A stretch of 63,538 nucleotides of DNA, the filler included, from Sphacelaria rigidula (lineage: Eukaryota), in NCBI GenBank assembly GCA_964200075.2. It is 11 parts of 11 records of this genome, joined end to end, with 100 filler letters (N's around TTAATTAATTAA, not from the genome) between each part and the next. Parts side by side here need not be neighbours in the genome. Positions count along the whole stretch, not along the records: positions 1 to 5,686 come from CAXNAA020025261.1; positions 5,787 to 11,472 come from CAXNAA020025262.1; positions 11,573 to 17,258 come from CAXNAA020025263.1; 8 more parts are not named here. One strand, 5' to 3'. A program made the translations under genes and the position numbers. The notes below the pieces were generated by a model. It ran no database searches. It saw nothing but the letters and a program-made list of their open reading frames with translations, and was not told the origin of the DNA. Below, piece after piece: positions 1-12,044 of this stretch. Position 1 is the first letter of the stretch, and every line of letters starts with the position of its first letter.

Positions 1-483
1 ATCGACACAATATGTGGACTCACAACTTACAGCGCGTCGGTCTCTTATGATCCGGTGGGTTGTGGAACATTGAACATTGTTGTACTTTTGCGATCTCGGG
101 GCTGGTGTCAGGGTCAAGCTAGGCTCTTCCGCCACCAACGGGCGATTGTCGCATCGTCGATGGTTGGTTCAAGCAACGGATACAGTACTGGTCGTCACGC
201 ATAGAGAACTAGGCACAGAACAGTAATAAATAGCGGAAAGACTCGGGAGCCATTTCCGGGGAGAAGGGGGCGTGGTCGTTGTGGCGTCCGTGAACGGCAA
301 ATGAGCGGGAAAAGAGCCGAAGGTGTGGGCGCCATGGTTGGAGTTGGCGCGTAGACGCCCTCGCGCGCGATGTGCCGCATCAGGTACAGTTTAGAGAGCG
401 ATGGCCTAGCACAGGTACGTTCTCGGCCGATCGGTGGCCCAGATAAGGTATGATTGAAAAAGAATTCCTAGATCAGGTATACC

Positions 484-748
484 TGGGCGAAATTTGGCCT
501 ACAAAAGGTACGCGGTTTCTGAAGGCGAGACGTCCGTTTTCGCGTCGCCATATCTCTCGAGTAACATGTTATTTTCCCGTTTGGTTTCGAGGCCCGGGTG
601 CCAATGCCCCCCCCGAATGATGTGCGTGAAAAATTCGGAGCGAAAACGGTCAAATGGCGTGTGTGATCGTTTTTGCGTTTCTGGCCATTTTTTCGTACCT
701 TTCTTGGGCAAAAAACGAGAAGGTGTACCTTTTCTAGGCCATTGCCCA
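484..748. mobile_element. Short MITE-like element with imperfect terminal inverted repeats
   Basis: GGCCTACAAAAGGTAC (496-511) is the near-complement of GTACCTTTTCTAGGCC (725-740); non-coding interior; no TSD identified. Confidence 0.4.
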
Positions 749-2481
749 TATTGCCTTATGAGATACTCTGGGATACATATGTGAGCACGCCACGATCATT
801 AGCATTCCAACGGGCTCGGGAGATCCCGATTGCATTCGAAAATAGGAATGCCCTGAGCCATGGTCATGTGCAACTCCTAACTTTAGGATCTCCTGAATGA
901 GAAAGATCTTACTCCAATGTTCGAGCGCTAATACCGTGTCATGGACCAAAACCGACTAAAACCCGGCGCAATATGACTGCCTGCTCAATTTGGTTACCTT
1001 CTACGACCTACGACCCGATGGGTTTTTACGCCGCCCTTCACATATCCTAACACCCCTCACCGATATGGCAATATCTCGATACACATTGTCGCTATGGAGA
1101 CAAATTTAATCGTTCAGTATAGACAAAACGTATGCCTATCAGTCTTCGAGTTTCTGGCGGCGTGGACCCTTGTCGCAGATAAAAATATGGCGGGTAAAAT
1201 GAAGATGATCTACTGCAGATAGATACTGCACTATTCCGATACTCAATTGAAGCATCATTGGTCTTGAACGACCGCTAGCAGCTAGTTATATCTTTCTGTG
1301 TAGAGTTTGGCTTAGTGGCATTCGTCAACAGTCAGTAATCCTCTATCGTGTGTCAGGCGAGTATATTGGAACATAGCTTTTTCGCTTGTACAAGTAGACT
1401 AGTAACGTTTTTTTTTTTAATTCGTATCCATCCGTTACTGGTTTGTGAGCTATACGACCTGTCCCGGGTGGGAAATGAACCAGATTTCCACTAGAACGTA
1501 CCTTCAGATAGACACCACAGCTTCGTATCACTGTCGCTGTGATCCTACCCGTTACTGACTTCTTTGAATCTGTCATGTCTTCATTTTTGGGGTTGTGGTA
1601 GGGATCGTGACACTAGCCTAGGGGTAACACCAGGTGGGACAGGGTGGGGTGGATTTGGGGTGAACCTCGGGTGGGGTGGACCTCGGGTGGACATTTTTTG
1701 CGAAAGGGGGTGGAGCACGACTTGCAAATTTGTACAAAAACATCGGCGTGAACAAACAAGGCTTACGCGAGTATAACTACAGTGCATATCCCCAATTCGT
1801 GCATTTTGATAAGTACGAAACGACCGGACTTCTTCAATAGTGTTGCTTTAAGATTTAGACTATAGTTTAGCACCAGACGATTCCTAAATACTTGAATTAT
1901 CATCGATTCTGCTTGCTCCATCAACCACCTCGGTTGAGGGTGTTAAACAACGTGACACCAACCAGGGTCAACGTAGGATGTGCGGGCGCTTACCAGATTA
2001 AGCAGCCAACGAAAGCCGGTAGAACTGCAGCAGTAGTATTCCTTCTCTTTTTTGCTATTCTCCAGGCTCCCACAGTTGCGTCACGGACTCGAGAACGAGG
2101 AGCAGAGACAAAAAAACACGGGTGCATACAACAACGAGCCTAGCGCAGGTACTGTACATCCCAGATAGGGTCCCCAGCATTATACAACCCAAAGTGTGTC
2201 AGCGGGCATCCAAGAGTGCCCCAGGTCTACTGCTGTCACTGCACTATCCCTGCGCTACTTGATGCCAGTTATAATAGTTTGGTATCTGGATTGCTGTGGT
2301 ACGTGCGTGCACGCTGTCTGGATACGCTAAAGATATCTATATCGAAAGCTCGGCGCAACATCTACGGCAACTTGTGTCGCACGACCAGCAGCAACAACAG
2401 CACCTAGCGCCCGCAGCCCGAAGATCTCTCGATCCCCCTCTTTCGCCTGGAGATCCCTCTGTCGGCGGCGCACACGCATCG

Positions 2482-2919
2482 ATGGCATCGACTTCACGGC
2501 CACACGTTGAGCTCCGCGGCTACCAGTCGCGCATAGCAAAAGAGTGCGAGCGGGCCAACACCATCGTCGTGTTGCCGACGGGATCGGGGAAAACTCTGAT
2601 TGCAGCGGACGCAATCAAGAAACTTGGGGGCAGAGCTCTTCTCCTCGTTCCTACACGCCTTTTGGTGGAGCAACAAAGAGCAGCAGTGCATGACTTCACG
2701 GGTCTACGTGTAGCTGGATTCAAGGGCGGTATGATCCCGCCGCCGCGGTGGTCATTCGACGTGCTTGTCGCCACCCCCGAGGCGTTTAAGGTGGCTCAGC
2801 ATGGCGGGGCGCACGGTGGTGAAGCGAGTGGCTCATCAGCCAAAAATCAATCAGAGAAGAGTTCGGGCCCTTCCTCCTCGCTAGAATGGTCGGCATTCTC
2901 CGTTGTGGTCTTTGACGAG
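2482..2919 (+). CDS. SF2 DExD/H helicase, Dicer/RIG-I/FANCM-like ATP-binding domain (5' exon; gene partial)
   Basis: Q-motif ELRGYQ, Walker A VLPTGSGKT, motif Ia LLVPTRLLVEQQ, Ib VLVATP, and Walker B VVFDE ending exactly at a GAG|GTAGGT donor (2920). Start at ATG 2482 is inferred; the frame is open from about 2280. Confidence 0.85.
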
Positions 2920-3984
2920 GTAGGTGATGATTTACATGAACGAGTCATTCTACGATAGTGTGGGGTAATTTGGGCAACATCTTCCACGACAAGGCAACTG
3001 CACATCGCCGTTGAACGTAGCAACGTGTGCTCGAACGCACTTGGTATCGATACGACACACCCATTCTTTCGACATCCCCCTATTCACCCAAATACTGACG
3101 CACCGCCAGTATGTTATTAGTCGTCTGATACACCTATAGTACTGGGCGCCTGAACCATCTTTTGTTCGAAAGGGATTTTCTCGCGACTAGTCTTCGATAA
3201 AACTCGGAAATGCTAGCGGTAAAATGAGTAGATCGTCTCCCCCCCCCCAGTGCCCAAGTTAGAGTTGGTTGGTTTTATCGGGCGATATGAGCAGGTATCC
3301 CGTTTATCAGGAGGGTGTTGTTGACCGTGAAACACATTTTCCGGCCCTAGTCCAATGAGTAGGTGCATTTTCCAAAAACTAGAACAGTACATTTCTTCAC
3401 AAATACGATCGGGATACGCCCGATCGACCGAAAATACCGAAGAGTCAAATCTGGGCTGAAATGTGTCAGGACCCCGATGACCAGTCAGCCCAGAAGTCAA
3501 CTCAATTATGTGCTGAACCTCAGCATAGTAATACCTTTTACCAAAGATGAATAGGCAATGACGTCATGAACATGAGTACAGATGTTTTTTTCTTGGAATG
3601 TGGAGCGGATACAATGATGCTCAGACCCCCAGTGTGATGAGCGGTGGCAAGCGAAAAAGCCTGAGAAAATGGCCAATCACGGAGAAATTACTGAATGAAA
3701 TGTTCAGACGCCCAATAGCGTACAACAGTATGTGTTCACGAGTAGTGACTCTGGATAAGGTTCAGCAACTTGAGTAATACGGATGTGAAGGTTGTAAAAA
3801 TTGTTGGGCGGCAACAATTTCGACATGCGTGACATATGCGTATGGATGCGACATGAGCTGAAGGTAATGCTGAACGCTATTTTACGTGTGATCGGCGTAG
3901 GACATGTGTGGTATTCCCGAGGTGCTAGAGTGCGAAGTAGCTCTCGTTCTACGAAGACATGACAGCGGGAGGCACTTCCCGAAA

Positions 3985-4370
3985 AACTGGAATGCGTGGG
4001 GCATTCTTGGCATGTTCTCTGTCTCTTGGGAAGCTCGCGGGTATGTTCTTTCAGTGCTTCGTTCTTCGCTGCACCTGAGAGTTTGCCTTTCTCTGGACAA
4101 AAGAGTGACTTTGGCTGGCCGTTGGAATGCGTAGAACATTCCTGGCATGTTCTTTCTTACTTGGGAAGCTCGCGGATGTTTTATTTCAGTGCTTGGCTTT
4201 TTCTTTGCACATGAGAGTCGCGTTTTTTTCAAGCCGGCCAAACTCTTGATCGGGCCTTTTTGATCGGGCCTTTTTTTGACAGGGCCATTTGTTTTAACGG
4301 GCATGTTCTTGCAGTGCTGTCGTTTTCGCTGCACATAAAAGCTTGCTCTTCTCTGGACATGAGAGTGGTG
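3985..4370 (-). repeat. Degenerate ~135-bp tandem repeat encoding Cys-rich units (RTCQEC...) in decayed coding-like DNA
   Basis: TGGAATGCGT...GGCATGTTCT...CTTGGGAAGCTCGCGG occurs at ~3988 and ~4122, with a partial third copy at ~4300; the minus-strand reading has stops and frameshifts. Confidence 0.6.
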
Positions 4371-5686
4371 GTTCTTGTCTGAAACGATTGCACATCACTG
4401 TGGCTTCCACATCACCGGGCCTTTTTTTAAAACAGGCTTGTTGTTTTTTCCGCCAAAACATTCCTGTGCTGCCGTGCTGCTGTGCCTTGTTCAACTCGCC
4501 AACGGCCCATTGCACGGCCTTGTATTTGCTGCCGACTAAGCCCAAGACAATGTTCAATGTTCAATATGTTTTCAACCCTTTTGCTTTCATCTTCTCGTGA
4601 CATTGGTAGCATAACCGATTTGTTGTGCTCCCAAATGAACAAGAACGCGACAAAGAGGAACACGGGGGGAATACCCCGCCGGAAGTAATCCTGTTCCAAG
4701 TTTCCCATGATCTTCACCAGGCTTTTGTGGTTCGGGTTCCTGTTTCAATCGGGTTCCTGTTTCAAGTTTTCCATAATCTTGAAAAGGATTCCGTGATCCG
4801 GGATCAACATCGCGCGAAAAAGGACCAGGTTGAGCGACTTTCGGTGGCCAGAACACGCGCCACACGTATCAGATGGCACCCGAAACTGAACGGTAATGTA
4901 CCGCTGAGCCTTCTTAGTGCGCTGCTAAAGAAAGCGCGGGAAAAAACTCCCTGCCGCCAGAAAAAACTCGGTGAAAATGGTGAAAAATGTGAAATGATAC
5001 ATTGCAAATATGCTGCATGAATGTATGGCGCGGTATTGACACGCGATCGAGTCGTGTTGTCTTGCTGTCGCCGGTGCAACTCTTGTCTTGTTCTGTGTGG
5101 TAGACCTTGCGCATGCAATACGACGTAGGCACACCGTGCTGTTAGTCAAGCGGCGCACACTGCACCCACTGATTGGCGACACAAATCATATAAGGGAAAA
5201 GAAGAACAGTACATGTACTTCGCGCATATTTGCGTTTGGTTAGCCCTGACTGCTTATCTTGCTGGTCGCCGCGCGATGGCAGAGGCAAGATTCGCTCCAA
5301 CAATTTCTCCCTTGTTCTTAAATCTTCGGTCTCGGGTGCATAGACAGCAACAACAGTTACAACAGTTACAACACTTGACACTTCACTATCGATAGAAAGC
5401 GGTTTTTTCAGCAATATACTCGTAAGCACGTGGAATTTGTGAAACCTTCACGTGTATGCCGCGTTGAACAGCGTACGCGGACATATCTTCGTACGAGGGA
5501 GCAATCGCCTCGAGGTCGTGGGTACCCTGCGAAATATATTCGGCCAGGTTGGGTTTAGGTTGACAAGCCCTAAGAAATAGTCGGTAGTGTTTGGCAACGT
5601 CCCGCAAGGTACCCTTCTGGCCACCCTTGAAAAGGGTAGTGAAGTCAACGCTACATCATCAGGTACTTGTAGAGGGGGGGTGTACT

Positions 5687-5786
5687 NNNNNNNNNNNNNN
5701 NNNNNNNNNNNNNNNNNNNNNNNNNNNNNNTTAATTAATTAANNNNNNNNNNNNNNNNNNNNNNNNNNNNNNNNNNNNNNNNNNNN
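5687..5786. other. Artificial contig linker (44N-TTAATTAATTAA-44N); identical linkers at 11473-11572, 17259-17358, 23045-23144, 28830-28929, 34615-34714, 40400-40499, 46185-46284, 51970-52069, 57755-57854
   Basis: The same 100-bp spacer with six-frame stops occurs ten times; intervening contig lengths fall monotonically from 5686 to 5684 bp. Confidence 0.99.
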
Positions 5787-5939
5787 CAAAAGGTGGGTCA
5801 AACGTCCCAAAAGTGAACAATCCGTGGGCCAAAAATTTGTTTGCCATAACATCCGGCCTAACATGGTTCCATTAGTTTGAGGAAATATTGGTGAGAATAG
5901 CTGACTCGTGGCATGTATGGTGTAAGCACCGCACACATT

Positions 5940-6075
5940 CGGTGAACATTTTTACACCCTAAACTATATGGTCAAAAGATGATGCAATAGACCTATAATT
6001 TACCCAGTGCATCTTCCGTCTATTGCATCTGTAGACCATATACTGATATTATCCAGGGTGTGAACATTTTGCACG
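5940..6075. repeat. Imperfect inverted repeat / foldback remnant
   Basis: ACACCCT..TATATGGTC..GATGCAATAGAC pairs with GTCTATTGCATC..GACCATATA..AGGGTGT around a centre near 6005. Confidence 0.6.
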
Positions 6076-8164
6076 TGCGAACGCGGCGAATACATCAGAG
6101 CGGTTACACACCACAGACACCCTTGGGCGAAATTAGAAGAGGTGTGAGAACCAGCCGCCGGTTGTTAGACTGTTGGCGAGTATCATCCATTCGTTATGGT
6201 GAGTTTGACAAAAACACAGAACAGACAAGGGTTCAGAGCGTCTGAAAATAAACTTCTGACACGCTCACGTTCTACCGTACAAGACAACAAACCTTGCCAG
6301 AGTGCGACAACGCGCACTTGTAGCACTCACATCGAACTGTGTCTGACGACCAACCTTGCGACGCGAATCCAAATCCCCACGCCTTTGAGCAGCGCCCGTA
6401 TTGTGGACTGCACGAATATTGAGCGGGACAGTACATCATGAGAGCAAACGTGAGGAGACGGTGCATTACACGAAGGTACAGCGGACAACGTTGCGGCAGC
6501 TTGAACTATAATAGGCGAATTTTGTTGCTGTTTTTGTTTTGAATTTTTTCGGATATGGTGTTATCTTGGCACTCGAAATCAACAGAAGTGACGGGTATTT
6601 GGGGGGAAAACAGGTCGTGCTCAGGACACGATCCCCAAGTTGGTGTTGTCGGGTTGATACGGAGTAAGAACTCGTTCATCAGGAGGGTCTTTGTGACCGT
6701 CATCGATAAAAAACAAACAAACACACACACACACACACAGTTCTTAGGCTCTAGCGTGATGAGTAAGGTGAAATTCCAGAAAAAACAAGTATTTGCAGCT
6801 GTCCACGAGAACGAATGGGATTGGTTCAATCGAGCGGAAGTATCGAATAGTCAGAACCTGGGGCTACAATCTCGCACCGAGAACCGGTCAACCCGTAATT
6901 ATTTCAATATTGGATGCAGAAATGACTTTCTGCTTGGGATGTGAAGGGGATGTCAGTATCTCTTGATCCCCAAACTTCGGGATCAAACGTTCTCTGTGAT
7001 GAGCGATAACCCGCGAAAAATCGCACAAGTACCCAATTATAAAATTCGCCCATCAAACTTGCTTGCAGACTACAGGCCGGGCTGCCCAAGACGCCGACAG
7101 GAATTTTGACACGAGATTATACTGCTCAGTTTCGGGTTTTGAATCAAACTTTGACGCGATGTACGGGGCGTGATTTGCGAAGATCGCATCACCCATTCCC
7201 TTTTTTTTTCGTTCTTGAGTTGTTCACGACTAAGTTATGAAAACTTTTCTGAAATGTTTAGTCGCCAATAAATCATGGGAAAAAGGAAAAATAATGTAGG
7301 GGAGGGATGATGAGGTCTTCGCACATACGTCCTGTGCATCGTGTCAAAATTTCATTGAAGACGACCCAAAATTGAGCAGTACTATCGCGCGTTTGTGTCG
7401 AAGACGAGTTCTTATGTGGAAATCGACCACCCACGACAAATGATACGCGGTTATGCTGTTCATTTTCAAGTCTCTTCCCACCGACTTTTGACACGATGTG
7501 CATGAGGTATGTCGTGAAGCCCCTTTTATCCCCTCTTGGTTTTTCTAATAATTGACGATTTCGTACCGAAGAGTGTCCCGAGTTTTCGATCGCCAGTGAC
7601 TCACGAGGAAAAGAAGCAACAAAATTTAGGGGAAACGATAGGGGTTTCGCGTTTACCTCATGTACATCGTGCCAAAATTTCATAGGAAACGCCTCAAAAT
7701 TGACCAGGGCAACCGCGCTCTTCTGTTGAGAACCGGTTGACTTGCTCCTCGAGTCCAACAAACTCAGCCAGAACTCTGACTTTCTCTACAAGCTTTCTTC
7801 ACCTACTGCTCTCACCGGCTCCCACACCACCACCAGACGTCTTGGTGCGCTGGAATCCTCGTCTGCGTGCCACCTCAGACACTGCGCGCCTACAGTACGA
7901 CGTGCGTTGTGGTACAACCACAACATGTACAGAACTACCACTTTGCGGCCGTTTTTTTGCCCTAGTTCCGCCGCGCTTGTCACCCTCAACTCTTTACACT
8001 TCGCAACTGAATTTTTGTTTGTTCTCCGCACTTTGAACCCCTCTCCTTCCTCGGGATGAGTCCGTGGTTTCGAGAGATCAAGTCATCTCTCCCCCGGTAC
8101 GCGCCTCACATTTTGGTCTCGCGGATTGGGTCAGCACTCCCGCACCGCGTCAACNNNNNNNNNN

Positions 8165-8326
8165 ACGTCACACAAATCCAGTCCACTAATTTGTTTACTC
8201 ACGTTCTCACGCTTTCAATGGTGGAAGTCATACATTACGAAGAAAAACCCAACGTATCGGGAATCGAACCCTCGTTCTCTCCACCCTAATGGCGACAGTT
8301 GGACCATTACATCACCGGGGCGCGGC
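8165..8326 (-). mobile_element. tRNA-derived SINE, family B
   Basis: Minus-strand head has A-box-like TGATGTAATGG and B-box GGTTCGATTCCC; head and body (TTCCACCATTGAAAGCGTG) match the copy at 26728-27395. Confidence 0.65.
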
Positions 8327-10534
8327 AATGCTACAATTTGGTATTTCGATTGATGGGAACTCGTCGGATCGCAGTACTACGTGGAATGAAGGACGCGCGC
8401 TGATTTGCAGATCACCAAAGTGTGTGATACTGTGGTGAACATGTTTCGCGATATATCGTCGGTTAGAACGAACGGGCTGAAGGGAAGTCCGTTTCTTCGG
8501 CGGCCCAGCCTGTACTAGAGTGCAGTCGTTTCAGGGCACGACGTTGTGGCATTTCGACCCTCACTGTTTTCTCGCACAAATCTCCCGTGACTGGTATGAA
8601 CCCTGCTTTGTTCCGCTTCTCTCGTACTCAACTCCTATCCTGTAAAGAGGAGAATCAAAGCTAACCCACACGTGCACACAAACGCGATCCTTATGCTTTC
8701 AAAGCGGCAAGGAGCGGCCTGAGACCACCGACCGAACTGCGACATCATGCAGTTCCAGACTACACAAGCTGTGATGCGCGAAACACGGGTCTCTTGCACA
8801 AGCCGCCCTGTATTGTGATTTCACTTACCACCTCCCCAAAGCGACAGTGTTTCGGACATTTCTTTCAGTACTCTCGTACCTAGTACTTCTGTACATGCGA
8901 GTAGGTTGGCTTCAGTGAGGGCGAGGTACAGACCTCGAATCAACATGTGAAAACATATGATGGAATTGGGCCTGTGAGATTCGTTTACCAGCTTCAAGCA
9001 GCATAGTTTGAAGATGGTACAGCGGTATACTGGGTGATGCACTTTTATGCCGGGAAGCGCGAGATCAAAATCATCAGCATATCATCAATTCGAGATGAAA
9101 TCAGACGCATTGCGGCAGACGAGATCTTTTCCTCTCTCCGAGGAGCCTGTTCACTCACTGAACCGTCAACACCGAGGACATCCTCACCAAAGAAATTTGC
9201 CGTTATTTTCCAACTGCTGCACCGTGCGGAGATCACTCTGGCCAGTCGGTCTCTCATGATTTGTCCTCACTTCACGCCAGTTTCGTCTTTTGAGGGTGGC
9301 TGACGAGAACTGTATATCAACATCAATACGAGCTGGGCCAGCCAACAATGGGTGGCTTTCTCGCTCAGGAGACGCACAGCGCGATATTAGGAGTTGGGCG
9401 CTGAAATTTTGCGTGACGCTGCTGCACCCGTATAATTTGAGTGATCGGAGACTTCAATTATGGAAGTCATGAGTTCGAATCCCGACATATTGTCTTTTTC
9501 TTTCGTCCGTCGTTAAGGTTATACATTATGCAGTACAGTTTCTTCATTTTTTTTTAATTCAGCGGCGGTGCGTGTGTTACCAGGTTGGTCTGCACTTCAC
9601 AGTGATATGTTTACATCGGGTTCATTCGGGAAACTGGGATTGCTGTGCTGTCAGCAACTTTCAGCACCTTTCAACCTGGCCCAGCTCGTACCGATTTTTT
9701 TGGTCAACTCTGATCAATACTTCGATTTCGATCTTCATTTCGCCGGAACATCTCATATTCATGAGCGAGATATGATCGACTGACGAAACATCGGTGCAGT
9801 ACTCTGTATGTAACGTACAGTACTGCAATACTGAATCGACTGAACAGCATCATTTTGTCTACTCTGCTGACTAGAGGATACGCTGCTCACAGAAAGCAGC
9901 ACACGCCCTCTGACTACAGGCACGAGAGCGGAGGCTGCGCTGTGGTGTTCGATACTCGAGAGGACGCCATCGCATGAGTATCATCCACTGCTAAGGCCGT
10001 CTCTCGCGGTATGATAAAATCAAGGTCAATTTTTTCCCCCTGATTTTTTGGGACAGAGGTCTGAAACACCTCTTCTTGTAGGATGTTTTACTGGAGAATA
10101 TTGTGAGAAACGTTGTTCGTCTAAACCGAAGCCTTTACTTCGACAATCCTCCGAGAAACTCCTGGTCTTGTCAAACTTGTTAAGAGGTGCCTGAAAAATC
10201 GCTACGGCCGAACACGCATCCACATGTGCACGCGGCGGGTTAGATACATGGAGTCTGGAGACCGTCTTTGTAGATCTAACGAGGAGTTCGCAGCAGTTGT
10301 GCAACAGCTTTACAACGACATGGCCACAATAACCGATCCGACCCCCGTCGCGGACAACATCACATCGTAAATGGCGCGGTCTCTCGGGGACTGACAGTGA
10401 AAATATTTTCGACGACGAATGACCGATTACTTCGGCGCTGCCTCCTGTTCTCGCGATGCAATGTCTGATGGCCATGCCATAGTTGCGCTGCGCGACACGA
10501 TGCATGCGCTATCTCGTCTTCTACACTCCGCAAT

Positions 10535-10767
10535 CCACCTTCATTCTACGATGCTGACCTCAACTTTTACCGCAACAAGGGTTCAGCGGTCCCTTTCCCT
10601 CGTCGACCGTGAAGTCGAACTCTGTGTACCCACGACATAGACGCTCTCCACTGTTGTTGGGCATGGTGTGAGAAAAAATCCCAGATCGCGTGAAGTCACC
10701 GAGATTCGAAACTACTCTTCAACCGTCAGAAGGATTTGAGGATACTCGCTGTGCCACCGGGGCGACG
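10535..10767 (-). mobile_element. tRNA-derived SINE, family A (5' part)
   Basis: Reverse complement aligns with the full-length copy at 32963 (GTCGCCCCGGTGG head; TTCGACTTCACGGTCGACGAGGGAAAGGGAC core). Confidence 0.75.
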
Positions 10768-10889
10768 GTCGGTCCGTGTTAACGTTAGAAAATATCACGA
10801 CTTCTTTTTAGCTCTCATGCTGCATTTTTCAAACTCCGTAAGAACCGGCCAACTGCATGCTGAGAAGCTAAGACCGACTCAAATGACTC

Positions 10890-11236
10890 TAATGGGAGCC
10901 GTTCAAAATTCCTGTTCAAAACTGCCTTCTTGGCCCTTCTCCGTTGTTTTACGCCTGAAAAGAGGGCTAGATGGATGATGACGCCTCGGAATGACTTGCT
11001 CTACTCATTGAGGCCGTTCCGGGGCAACCTTGCATTTCCCGCTGGCCGCACTTCCATTTTTGGCCAGACACGGGATTTCCAACAAAAAACGGTCAAGCGA
11101 TCAGGAAACAGCAAAGTTGCCCCAGAACGGCCTCAACGAGTACGTCAACATTCGCCTAGCCGTCTTTTCGGGCGTAAATCTGCTGAGAAGGGCCAAAAAG
11201 GTAGTTTTGAACAGGAATTTTGAACGGCTGCCATTA
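10890..11236. mobile_element. MITE with long terminal inverted repeats, possibly PIF/Harbinger-related
   Basis: TAATGGGAGCCGTTCAAAATTCCTGTTCAAAACTGCC pairs with GGTAGTTTTGAACAGGAATTTTGAACGGCTGCCATTA; the arms extend about 140 bp. Superfamily is inferred only from the GG/TAA-type ends. Confidence 0.8.
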
Positions 11237-11472
11237 TGTGTGTTGTCGTCCCATTTATTCTGGGCGCCAGTCTGCCCCTTTCGGGATATGTGGGTGCATC
11301 AGCCGGGGTCACACAGGAGGAAGATCGACACAGGAGCTTTTTCTTCATTTGTTTTTGTTACCCCACCTTCCTTCTGAGGTGCTTGCCGTTTTATTTTTGA
11401 TCGCGAGAGGGGTTCAGCAGTCCCTTTCCCTCGTCGACCGTGAAGTCGAATTTTGTGTACCCACGACATAGT
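11237..11472 (-). mobile_element. tRNA-derived SINE, family A (3' part, cut by contig end)
   Basis: Matches 33090-33322 in reverse complement, including CCTCCTGTGTGACCCCGGCT and the CA-rich tail. Confidence 0.75.
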
Positions 11473-12044
11473 NNNNNNNNNNNNNNNNNNNNNNNNNNNN
11501 NNNNNNNNNNNNNNNNTTAATTAATTAANNNNNNNNNNNNNNNNNNNNNNNNNNNNNNNNNNNNNNNNNNNNACCGCGGTGCCGGTAGTACATGTGGACC
11601 ACGTATACTTTTTTCAAGTGAATATTGATGCCGATTCAGCAGGTGACCTACTCTCGCGGTCCAACGGTTAGCTCCTCCTGCGGAGGTTTGGGGAGGAAGA
11701 TACTGTCGCTCTGTGTTACTCTTTCGTATCTTCCCTGCAATAGAGAAATGGGACTTCAACGTCATTTTTTTTTTCAACCCCAAAATTTAAAATGGGCTGT
11801 TTATTGCACACTGTAGCAGCTTCCACCAGGTAGGTGAGCCTCTTGCCTGGAAACTCTAGCTCCTATTAATAGTGCAATACTCCAGTATGCTGGCGGTCAT
11901 CGTATAGTTTTTCGAAGTATAACCATTATCTCTCATACAAAGGGGCTCTGAACCAGCCAGGGAAAGCGATGGCTTAGTCTCCCTTAGATATGACGAGAAA
12001 CAATTACACCGGTTTTTGCCCAATATGACTGGAATGAAACATAA

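Noticed and set aside
195..380. Short minus-strand ORF as a possible gene start
   Set aside because: No domain, homology cue or convincing splice donor
8820..10530. Coding-like fragments and an isolated B-box (GAGTTCGAATCCC, ~9471)
   Set aside because: No identifiable domain, splice structure or second copy
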